This document shows positions 53,669-64,000 of a stretch of 64,000 bases of DNA, one piece after another. The notes beneath the pieces were generated by a model. The model was not told where the DNA came from. It was given only the letters and a program-made list of their open reading frames with translations, and did not search any database. A program made the position numbers and the translations under genes. The stretch lies in contig OX597821.1 in NCBI GenBank assembly GCA_951406725.2, positions 30,628,001 through 30,692,000 on the forward strand, given 5' to 3'. The stretch is from Octopus vulgaris. Its lineage: Eukaryota. How positions within the stretch are numbered: the first letter of the stretch is position 1; every line of letters starts with the position of its first letter.

Positions 53669-55732
53669 TATTTCATAAATTTGTCATATAGACAGTACAA
53701 AGAGCTTTGCGGGCTGGACAAATACATTAATGAATGAAAATGAAATATAATGAATAAATGAGAGACGAAACCCAACACCCGCCGATTGGATTTTTCTCGA
53801 AAACATATTTTTTCTTTTTTTTTTTAAATCAATATAAGGTTTCAAACCTCTTACAAGGATGAGGCACTAAAACCTCTTACTTAACATGTTTTCTTTTTTT
53901 TCTTTCTTAAAGCACAAAATTGAGGTTATAAACCACTTCAAAATAATCCAATAAGATGAGGTTTCAAACCCTGTAACGAGGGTCTTTCACCTCCTACTCT
54001 TCGATATATCCATCGATATATTCATCATTATCTTCAATGCAGCTTCAGTTCCTGTATCCCGCCATTTCCCATGCCTCACTCATGAAGGACATGTAAGTCG
54101 TGTAAGGTCCACCCGGCCATATGCGAGACTCCTCCCCAAATCCTTTAAGCCTTTCCCACAGGGGAAACCTTATAACCTCCACAGCTATCTACGGAGGCCA
54201 TTCGGGATCCCGTGTGAAGGGCATATCTACTGTTTCTTTATGTTCTTCTACTATATTTCCACCTCCCCACCCTTGTAGGAAAAGATAATTAAGTGATCAC
54301 CTTTAAGGGTGGGGCGGTTTCTTCCACCGTGGGTGGCACAACTTCAAGACATGCAGTCGGCTCATCATCTCTCCGCTGAGATGAACCATTCTTCTTCCTT
54401 CTTTTCTTTCTTTTCTTCCTGGCTTCGAGAGAGTGGAGCTCTTCCGCTTTGTCCGGAGACTCTCCCCCACCTTCCGAAGCCTTAGGTTCCTTTGGTGGGC
54501 AATTATTGTTGCCCGCATTCTTGCTTTTTAATCCTTTTTGAGTTGAGGAGGCTGAAGCCTCCTCGACCATATTCACCTCTCCCTTTGACCGGTTAGTGGA
54601 GGTGGCATCTAGTGACTCTTCCAGGAACTTACCATGCTCCTGAGGGCAGTTACTTTTAACGTGGCCTGGCTGCAGGCACGAGTGACACTTTGGGGGACGT
54701 CCCTCAAGTATCACCGGATACCTGCAGTCAGCCATTTTCAAGAAATCTGGAAAAACCAGTTCTGTTGCGGTCGATGGGGTCCACAGGGTCAAAATCGCTT
54801 TTGACCCTTCGCATTCGACCGTAGGCAACACTCTTACATTTAAGAGCCTGGGTCCACCATATTCCAGTATCCGTCTGATGGTATCGTCAATCCAATCCGC
54901 TTCGGTGCCCGGGATGAGCCCACATACCCAGGCTCGTATTAATTTTCTTCCACAATATGACGGGAGAAACAGAATTTCCTTGCCTTGTAAAGGTTGACTC
55001 GCAAACTGGCGAGCCTTTTCCCCGTTGTCAAACAGCAACCATACGGTTGCATGTTTGACACCACAGGATATATATTTTACAGAGGACAAATGTTCTTTAA
55101 GTTCATTTTTTATAACTTGTTTTGGGAAGACGGTGATGGAATTAAGAACTTTGGAATACGTTCTAAGTACCATCGTCTTCTCCTCCATATCTTTTTACCA
55201 TTGCTTAGGCGGGTTAATTTCCCACTCTAAGACAGAGTTTTTTCTTTTTAAGTTCCTTCTCTGCCATGTCAAAAAACAGTTCAAAAGTAGTTCATAAGAC
55301 AGTCTGCCAAAAACTTAAACCGAATGAAAATAAAACAAAATAAAAGAGGAGGAGAGGAAACTGAAATTAAAGTAATGAAAAGAATGAACCAACATTTAGA
55401 AAGAAAGAAAAAATAGAAGAAGGGAAAACTAAAAGAAACACCTCACAAATAGCACAGACAGGGAATCCTTTGTATAATACTCCAAAAAGCTAATCCAAAA
55501 GTAATCCAAATGGCTTATTCTTGTTTTTCTGGCGATATACGCCCACTAGAATTCACAAGAACAATTTTCAAAAAAATTCTCAATTCACCGTTAAGGTGAT
55601 GAGAACCCTGTATTTTGCTCGCTATAGCGAGCCATAATTGACAATTTTTCTTTTTGTTCTTTCTTCTATTCGTGGAGCCGAAACTCACATCTGCTCACTG
55701 TAAGAGTCCAGACCAACTAGTGTTTCATTCTG
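53669..55732 (-). mobile_element. ORF1-only non-autonomous non-LTR retroelement (half-L1/Tx1-like) with a 16-bp TSD
   Basis: The perfect TSD GGTAAACAAGCTACTT lies at 53653-53668 and 55733-55748. The insert has one gag-like ORF, an AATAAA at the 3' junction, and no APE or RT motifs. Confidence 0.8.
54289..55188 (-). CDS. Tx1/L1-type ORF1 nucleic-acid-binding protein with a CCHC zinc knuckle (299 aa open; probably lightly mutated)
   Basis: FPDFLKMADCRYPVILEGRPPK-CHSCLQPGHVKSNC (CX2CX4HX4C), an upstream RRM-like pattern and a basic KKRKKRRKK tract. Out-of-frame extensions occur upstream (MAEKELKKKKLCLRVG from ~55267) and downstream (to ~54045). Confidence 0.8.
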   Translation of the reverse strand: MEEKTMVLRTYSKVLNSITVFPKQVIKNELKEHLSSVKYISCGVKHATVWLLFDNGEKARQFASQPLQGKEILFLPSYCGRKLIRAWVCGLIPGTEADWIDDTIRRILEYGGPRLLNVRVLPTVECEGSKAILTLWTPSTATELVFPDFLKMADCRYPVILEGRPPKCHSCLQPGHVKSNCPQEHGKFLEESLDATSTNRSKGEVNMVEEASASSTQKGLKSKNAGNNNCPPKEPKASEGGGESPDKAEELHSLEARKKRKKRRKKNGSSQRRDDEPTACLEVVPPTVEETAPPLKVIT

Positions 55733-56084
55733 GGTAAACAAGCTACTTACCACACAGCCACTCCTACGCCTTTGTCTAAAATGTAAATAAAAACGTTAAT
55801 GGTGTTTTGTCTGGATTATTTCTTGCTGTACATTAAGGTTTTCGTTCATTTCTTTAAGCTCAAATATAAAATACCAAAATATTTACAATTTCAGCTTTGA
55901 TAGACAGGAGCACTTTCTTCTCTCACTTTGCCTGCAATCATTAACTTAAAAACGCCAATTTATAAAATTTGGTCTATCATTGTTTGATTTGTTTATGATT
56001 GTATTATATGAAAGAAGAAGAATCTAATAAAGGAAAAAATATACATATACGTATATAGGAGCACAAACTCAAACAACTACTCAA

Positions 56085-56488
56085 GGACTACAGAATTGTA
56101 CCCGATTTAGCATTAAAAGAAATCAACCGCAAACATAGGGATCTCCTCTTCAAACTTGGACTAGAGGACAGGACCGAATCTTCCACACCTCACTCACCCC
56201 ATATCAGCTTGAAAGATCACAAAGAAAACTTCGCATCGGAACCCACCTCATCTACCCCTCCATTTCCGATATAGGTAAGATTAACAAAATTATACTCGAT
56301 CATATAATACCTCAAATCTACACCACTTTCTCACTAAAACTCTGGACCGAAACCACGGACGCTATCTAGTGGTTCAACTCTCAATGCCCTAAGCACTCCT
56401 TTAAATTTATAGACGTCGAAATTGATCAATACTACCCCATCATTTCTTCTTTTCTTCTTAATAATGCTCTAATTTTCGCCAAAAATCA
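56085..56488 (+). mobile_element. Decayed Naiad-type Penelope-like RT N-terminal fragment
   Basis: ISLKDHKENFASEP/LIYPSISDIGKINKIILDHI..LWTET..WF..FIDVEIDQYYPIIS..LLNNALIFAK matches the recalled pattern LKDHK.NF..RLINP.KS.IG..W.NT..WF..FDI..FYPSI. Confidence 0.7.
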
Positions 56489-56613
56489 TTTTTATGTTGG
56501 AAATGTTCATTTGCCCTGCTTATTTTTTACATTTTGGTGTTTGCTAGTTTTTTTCTCTTGAGAACACACTCTTTGTGGTAAGACGATTTGACGTCTATTC
56601 CTTTTATTAATTG

Positions 56614-56678
<65 letters not shown>

Positions 56679-57666
56679 TATATGTATATATGTATGTATG
56701 CATGTATGTATGTATGTGTGTATGTATGTATGTATGTATGTATGTATATGTGTGTGGGGGGGAATATCGATTCATGTATTGCATATTTATCTATAGCATA
56801 TTGTTTATGATGTAGGATAGATAAAAGGTTTTTACATAAGAAAAAATAGAAGATATATTTTAATCTATAATAGTCCACCTGGGAAAATTTATCCACCTTA
56901 TAATAAAATACTTTGAAACTCAAGAAAATGTGCATCACTGATTAAAGTGCTCTTAACCTGCGAACTCACCTCTCTTCAGATTGTGTAACATTATAATATT
57001 GAAAAGGAACAATTTTACTAGAATGGTTTACGACACCGTGTTAAATGACATGAAGCATCTATGCACTTCTCGTACATTGTGTGTCCCATATGCCAAAACG
57101 AATATCAATTATGAGGTAGAAATATCTTGATTACACGCCTCTCGCAATGCACACTGAATAAGAGCAGATCTTATAGCGCCATTGTTTGAGGTGATACGAT
57201 TTAAATGCACTTTAACAAATTACGTTCTATTTCTATTTTACCTCCAAATGCAAATTCTCTCCTATTTATTTCCACTAAAATTGAGATAGAGAGACATAAA
57301 AAAAATACAAGAGCTTCTATTAATAATCGTATAAAAAGTACTATTAATTTCCATCTGCGCGCAACAGTGATAGACTGATTTCATATATTGGAGACATATA
57401 AATTTAAATTCATATTGACATAATGGAATGTGTGCTTTCTATTAGGCAAATGCTTTTAATGAAGGTTTGAGAAATTGGTTGTAGTTATACTACCATTAGT
57501 GACCTAGAGGATGATGTTACATACAATATTAAAAAACGCTCTTCTCATTTTCCGTGGATTGTACTTACCGTAAGTGATTCAAGAATTGAGATTTAGCTGC
57601 TATTGCTTTTACGCAATATGATTGTTGCAATTGGATTTTAGCATCCTGATCTATCTATATATATAT

Positions 57667-58071
57667 ATACTCTTTACTTTTTTACTTGTTTCAGTCATTT
57701 GACTGCGGCCATGCTGGAGCACCGCCTTTAGTCGAGAAACTCGACCCCGGGACTTATTCTTTGTAAGCCCAGTACATATTCTATCGGTCTCTTTTGCCGA
57801 ACCACTAAGTGACGGGGACATAAACACACCAGCATCGGTTATCAAGCAATGCTAAGGGGGACAAACAGACACACAGACATACACGCACACACACACATAT
57901 ATACATATACATATATACAACGGGCTTCTTTCAGTTTCCGTCTACCAAATCCACTCACAAGGCTTTGGTCGGCCCGAGGCTATAGTAGAACACACTTGCC
58001 CAAGGTGCCACGTAGTGGGACTGAACCTGGTACCATGTGGTTGGTAAGCAAGCTACTTACCACACAGTCAC
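57667..58071 (-). mobile_element. SINE family A, nearly full length
   Basis: Colinear with the other copies. The extreme 5' end abuts SINE C. Confidence 0.9.
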
Positions 58072-58077
58072 ATATAT

Positions 58078-58390
58078 ATCACCGTGATCACCGTGACCGA
58101 CCAGGGTATTATATGCTACTACACATCGCTGGTCACAATGCGTTTCGCATTGTTTTTAGCCTTCAAATGACGCCACCCCTCTGGCTAAGCGAGCAGGCCA
58201 ACAGAAGAGAGGGTGCGAGAAAGTTGTGGCGAAAGTGTACAGAGGGATCACCACCACCCCCTGCCGGAGCTTAGTGGAGCTTTAGGTGTTTTCGATCAAT
58301 AAATAGTCACAACGCCCGGTCTGGGAATCGAAACCGCAATCCTACAACCGCGAGTCCGCTGCCCTAACCACAGGGCCATTGCGCCTCCAC
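58078..58390 (-). mobile_element. tRNA-derived SINE family C, full length
   Basis: The minus-strand head GTGGAGGCGCAATGGCCCTGTGGTTAGGGCAGCGGACTCG..GGTTTCGATTCCCAG contains A and B boxes. The tail is made of (CACGGTGAT) repeats. Confidence 0.85.
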
Positions 58391-58804
58391 ACACATATAT
58401 ATAGATCTCTGAAGGGCAGTCTCATACTACCACATGAAATAAGATGAGAGATAAAGTAGCTGACAGTCATAAAAGGGGTGATACCGCTACGCATGTAGAA
58501 GAGGAGGCCAGGAAATGTACAGCGTGATCCTCGAAAATGAGCGGTATAACTTGCAGTTATGAACGTTCAATATATTTTCCAATTAGTGAAACACAACTTA
58601 TGGCGATGAGGATGACATCCTGAAAACATTTAAACTTGAAACACAACAGATTCTCTTACAGAATCCCAGTTGAGAGACGACGACTTAATGTCAACATGTA
58701 CAAAAAAAAGACTACCAGTTAATGACATAAAAGAGACGATTGTTTTAAACGTTCAAATTATGAAATGGCTATAACTAATATAGGTTATTTTTTAAGATGC
58801 TACA

Positions 58805-59299
58805 CTTCAATTCATTCAGTCGTTAGACGGCGGACATGCTGGGGCACTATCTTGAAGAATTTCAGTCGTAGGAATTGACCCCAGGATTCATTAGTTCAAC
58901 CTGGTATTTATTGCATTGAATGTTTTTACGAACCACTAAGTTACATGGTTAAAATCACATCGACACTTGTCGTGAATCGTTGGTAGGGGGACAAACACAG
59001 ACACAAAGCCAAAAACGAACATACATATAAACATATAGATATAAATTAAATTAGAGATAAAACCACTATTAGGCAAATCAAACAGTGAAAAACGTAAACC
59101 AAAACATAAAAATAAACATAATTAATATAATTTCCAAAATATATAAAATATAAAATTTAAATCATTTATATTTGATTTGCCTAATAGTGGTTTTATCTCT
59201 AATTTAATTTATATTTATACTGTGAAATCAGATTTAATCCTAAATCTAATTTTTCCCTGTAAATCTGGATTTATTCCCTAATATTATTATTATATATAG

Positions 59300-59365
<66 letters not shown>

Positions 59366-59530
59366 CGGGATCTTTTCAGGTTCCGTCTACTTAATCCACT
59401 TACAAGAAAGGCTTTGGTTAGCCCGAGGCTATAGCAGAAGCACGTGCCCAAGGTGCCACGCCGTGTGACTGAACCCGGAACCATATGGTTTGGAACCAAG
59501 CTTCTTACAACACAGCCTCATCTGGTCCTA
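58805..59530 (-). mobile_element. Diverged SINE family A with a hairpin insert (59040-59290) in its internal TA tract
   Basis: SINE halves lie at 58805-59030 and 59362-59530. Inverted arms of 43 bp lie at 59040-59082 and 59171-59213. Confidence 0.75.
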
Positions 59531-60410
59531 TATGTTTGATTTATATATTACTCTTAAATTTATCTTTTGACAGTTGAAACTTAATGATAAAATCTGTTAT
59601 ACGATATAGAAAGGCCTTAAATATCCCTTGTCGTGCTGAAAATGTGCCCAATAATATCAGAATATCTGCTGGTGGGAGGATGAGAGACACACTCCTGTTG
59701 TCCGTTAGATCATCCTTATAAAAGTGTTGAACTCATAGAGTGTGCACTCCGGTTCCTCCTTGAGCAACCTTCAGCCTGGACAGCGACCAAAAAGCAGTAA
59801 TTGCGTGGAAAGCCAGGCCAACTTTCACATCAACATGTGGGTACTTATTCGACGTGCCACTTCATGTGCCAAAAGTCTGCAATAAGTATGGAAGGTCCTT
59901 CATAGCAAAGGAAGACCTCATTGACCTTCTGTGAAATTTGTGTAATTCCAACGCCGCCGGTCCACGAAGAGTTAAAAATACGCGTATAACAATTAAGTGT
60001 ACTAATATAGGCAAACACAATACGGAAAGTGTAGTGACACCTCCTAGAAAAACTAATAATCATTAAAATCATAAGCCACGGATTAAAGATATGAGCAACC
60101 CTATGAAGGAAAGAATATATAGAGCGATGTTAACATAGGAAAACACAATAACAAAAATAGAGTTAGACCTCGTAAGAAATGGTTACTTTGCACAAAAATA
60201 AGCAAACGTCCCTAAAATAACCCCCGGAAGGAATTAATGACCCCCCACACACACACACAAAAGAAAGAATGAATCCAGGACTATACTGTGGTATAATGAT
60301 ATATTCGGTAGATAGATGAACACTAACATTCCTGCAGTTTATTTGCAGACCTGATGAAAAAGACGGAAATACTATGGATATAGATGTCCTTGTTGACATT
60401 AATTTTGAGT

Positions 60411-60797
60411 TTACTCTCTTTTACTTGTTTCAGTTATTTGACTGCGGCCATGCTGGAGCACCGCCTTTAGTCGAAGAAATTATTTGTAAGCCTAGTACTT
60501 ATTCTATCGGTTTCTTTTGCCGAACCGCTAAGTTACGGTGACGTAAACACACCAGCATCGGTTGTCAAGCGATGTTGGGGGGACAAATACAGACACATAA
60601 ACATATATACAGACACATATATATACATATATACGACGGGCTTCTTTTATTTTCCGTCTACCAAATCCACTCACAAGGCTTTGGTTGGCCCGAGGCTATA
60701 GTAGAAGACACTGGCCCAAGTTGCCACGCAGTGGAACTGAACCCGGGGCCATGTGGTTGGTAAGCAAGCTACTTACCACACAGCCACTCCTACGCCT
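60411..60797 (-). mobile_element. SINE family A, full length
   Basis: Complete head AGGCGTAGGAGTGGCTGTGTGGTAAGTAGCTTGC..GGGTTCAGTTCC and the standard tail. Confidence 0.92.
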
Positions 60798-60799
60798 AT

Positions 60800-61650
60800 A
60801 AAGAATTAGATAAAGAATTTCCCCAAATCGAGTATTTATAGGAAGATCTTCAATAATCACATGATCAGACTTGCATTTTCGACATGCAATAACTTAGCCC
60901 AAATAATTGCGGCGAGAAATATTGGAATTTCTGAATGCCATGATAATAACATTAGTAAATGAAATAATAAAAAGGATTATCATAATAACTCCGACCAACT
61001 ACCATAACATATAAACAGGGGATATGGATTTGAACACGGCTCATGAAAATAATGAGCGTGAAATGGATAGGGTCTTTGAGGTAAACAGCGGAAAAGAGAC
61101 AACAGATTAAATACTAAATGCACAAGAATCAAACATAGTGAATTTAAGAGCGAATAGCACACAAATTCTGGAGTATAGCCTAAGCACTAACACCTGTGAA
61201 ACAATGGGCAGCGATACGGAGGAGGTACCTAATTCTCCTCCCAGTGGTGGAATTAGAACTAATAACACTAATAATCTATGTAACTATTGGGAAAATATAC
61301 ATACTTAAGGGACGTTTGAGACAAATATAATGTACAAATATAAGGCTACGTCAAGTATGGTTTCGCATTTTTACATAGAGATATGCTCTGATACCTTCAG
61401 GAAAAGCAGAAAAATGCATAGTACAAGGCTAGGTAGAGTTATTTGGTCCCTAAAGGATAAGAACAATAAGTTTGACATAAAATAGGAAATGTAAAGCCAG
61501 GCGTACAAAACTAAGAGAAAGAAGTGTAATGTGCCTGGAAGAAATATTCCATATTTTCGTGTTTACATAAAAATTATTAAATGATAAGCAAGAATTAGCT
61601 TTCAAATGATCCCAATACTACAGAAAAGCGTTCAGATATTTCCCTGGAAA
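60800..61650 (+). mobile_element. Decayed Naiad-type PLE 3' half (thumb and GIY-YIG)
   Basis: ELDKEFP/SIYRKIFNNHMIRLAFSTCNNLAQIIAARN, TNIMYKYK..FYI, STRLGRVIWSLKDKN, AYKTKRKKCN/CLEE and LLNDKQEL. Confidence 0.6.
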
Positions 61651-62489
61651 AGGTATTTAATTAAATAATACTTAGGCTGGCGATGCTATGAATTTATATG
61701 GACAGAATTAGTGTTTACATTTATATTCTATTAGCAGACGCTGCCCCACCCCCATCATATTTTCTTAGATTACTTTCATATATTCAGTCCTGCAACACCT
61801 TTATTCCCCCAAATATACTTAACCTTTTAGTTTTCATGAACTTTTAAATATTCTCACTCGTGCGTAAATATTTCACACATGGCATACTCCAGTGTACAAC
61901 ATGGAGGACGTTACGTACATGTAGATGTAGGGTTGATTTTCCTACAAAAATTTCTTAATTTACTGTAGATAGAAGTAATCTATTATATTGTGAAGAATAT
62001 TCTGTGGCCTTAGAAGTAAATTCTGTATCATTATGTTCTACCCGCCATAGCGACCCTTAATCTTGCATAAATTATTTCTGATCATTTCGCTTCAGGCAAG
62101 AAAATGAAATATATTCTGACCTTGTATAATACCTCGCCTTATCGGCTTCTACCTCTAAACATTAGGGTCATTCTAGGGTTATACAGATTGCGGATTTTAT
62201 AGCCATAACATATTTCTCCCTACTAATTATGCTATTCTTTGCAATCAAAATAAATTGTACACTTCTAAAAATATAAGACTGTCAAAACCATTATACTCTA
62301 GTTTGTTTCAATCTCTACAAATAGCAACACCTTGAATTAAGATGCATGCATACGTTTTTAAAGTGGATTAAATCTGAATGCCAGCCAACCAGCATGAGGC
62401 AAATGAACACCACATGAGATATTCATGTAGCAGAATCTTATGTCGGACAGGCTTTTAACGAGAATATAATGTATAAAAGACTGTACTAA

Positions 62490-62660
62490 CCTTTCTACTA
62501 TAAGCGCAAGGCCTGAAATTTGAAGGAGGGATAAGTCGATTACATCGACTCCAGTGTGTAACTGGTACTTATTTAATCGACTCTGAGACAATGAAAGGCG
62601 GCTTTGACCTTAGAATTTACAACTCAGAACAGTTCAGGAGAAATACCGCTAAGCCATTTC
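62490..62660 (-). mobile_element. SINE family B, diverged
   Basis: AAGGCCTGAAATTT..AAGTCGATTACATCGACTCCAGTG..CTGGTACTTATTTAATCGAC..AACTCAGAAC..AAATACCGCTAAG, colinear with 19618-20305. Confidence 0.75.
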
Positions 62661-62954
62661 GCAGCTTAACAAAAGAATAAAATCTAATAATAATAATCTG
62701 TTGATATATTTTTCTCCATCTTTCTTCTAATGTCCTGGATATACACTCAGCAAACTGTTTATAATCGAAAGAAACGAACTCAGAACACAGGATTTACTCA
62801 TCAGATGAAAACCGTGTGATTGTTTGCCTTAAATAATCCAAAGTTATTCCTTATTTTTCGATGCGGTTAAGAACTTAGATTATACTACAGTGCTGCTTGA
62901 ACGGTACCGGCCTGGATCTATTATTCCTACGCATTCACTGTATAAATACGTAAG

Positions 62955-63262
<308 letters not shown>

Positions 63263-64000
63263 TAACTTCGTATGTAGATAGAAAGGCATATAGGTGGATA
63301 CATGTATTTATTTATGCACATGTAAAAAGTGACAGGCATACAGAAACGGGATTTGAAGGCACACACATAGTTATCTACAAAGGCAAATTATAATCATACA
63401 AATATATAGCTTTTGTTTAATTTTTCCTTTCTTTGTATCATTTTAAAGCCATAGTAAAAAGAATAGTCCTTAAATAAATGCGAAAATGGTATTAGATGCT
63501 CGTCTGTCAAAATTTAATCTAATATATTATGAAACATGAGTCAATATTCTCCACATATATCGTTATAGATAATAGACCCACACCCTAGATCTTGTATCGT
63601 ATTACTATCAGTCTTATGTGTAAGGACATATAACTTGTACGACCATATTCCAAATACCAAAAACGTCAGCCATGTGCAATGCATCAATGTCAACTGCAAC
63701 CATTTGACAGTTTATTTCCTACAGTTCCGATTTACACAATTAAACCTGGCATTTGCACATTCTCGTCGTGAAGAGGTTAGCTTGACATTATACTTTTGTT
63801 ATATAAATTGAGATATTTCAGACTATGGAATGGAAAGAACATGAGCTGTGCAGTTGCACAAATATATCAATTGCATAAATATATTGTAGAAGTTACAGAG
63901 GCTGTTTCAAATTTAAATCGACAAGAAGAAATCATACTGTTCATATTATTATCATATTTGTTAGTCATCTGATGCATACACTATCTCATTCTTGCAGATA

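Larger units (their letters stand above)
53240..55771 (-). mobile_element. SINE family A copy split by a 2064-bp insertion in its tRNA-like head
   Basis: The SINE body is at 53240-53668 and the remaining head (AGCTACTTACCACACAGCCACTCCTACGCC) at 55741-55770. Confidence 0.92.

Noticed and set aside
58310-58390. tRNA-like sequences (also the heads of SINE-A copies)
   Set aside because: A and B boxes are present but run into SINE bodies without a proper acceptor stem. They are SINE heads, not tRNA genes.

Overview
AT-rich, microsatellite-saturated eukaryotic (animal) DNA with no recognisable host protein-coding exon, rRNA or true tRNA. It reads as intronic or intergenic sequence. The repeat make-up resembles coleoid cephalopod (Octopus-like) genomes; this is an inference from recalled repeat families. 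Almost all ORF-track entries are translations of (TA)n, (CA)n, (ATT)n and (TACA)n tracts. The real content is transposable elements: three tRNA-derived SINE families; Penelope-like elements (PLEs), including one long open RT+GIY-YIG frame; many solo or inverted PLE terminal repeats carrying minimal hammerhead-ribozyme cores; RTE, CR1-like and R4-like LINE fragments; two decayed mariners; a decayed Chapaev3-like (RAG1/Transib-related) transposase; Helitron pieces; a probable Merlin-type MITE; and a solo LTR. The most notable item is a 2.06-kb retroelement with a perfect 16-bp target-site duplication, inserted in the tRNA-like head of a SINE. It encodes only a Tx1/L1-type ORF1 (zinc knuckle) and no RT, i.e. 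a 'half-LINE'. Also notable are the hammerhead variants, the fold-back palindromes at (TA)n tracts, and a SINE and CR1-like LINE that share a 3' stem-loop. All family assignments come from motif recognition by eye; no database search was run.
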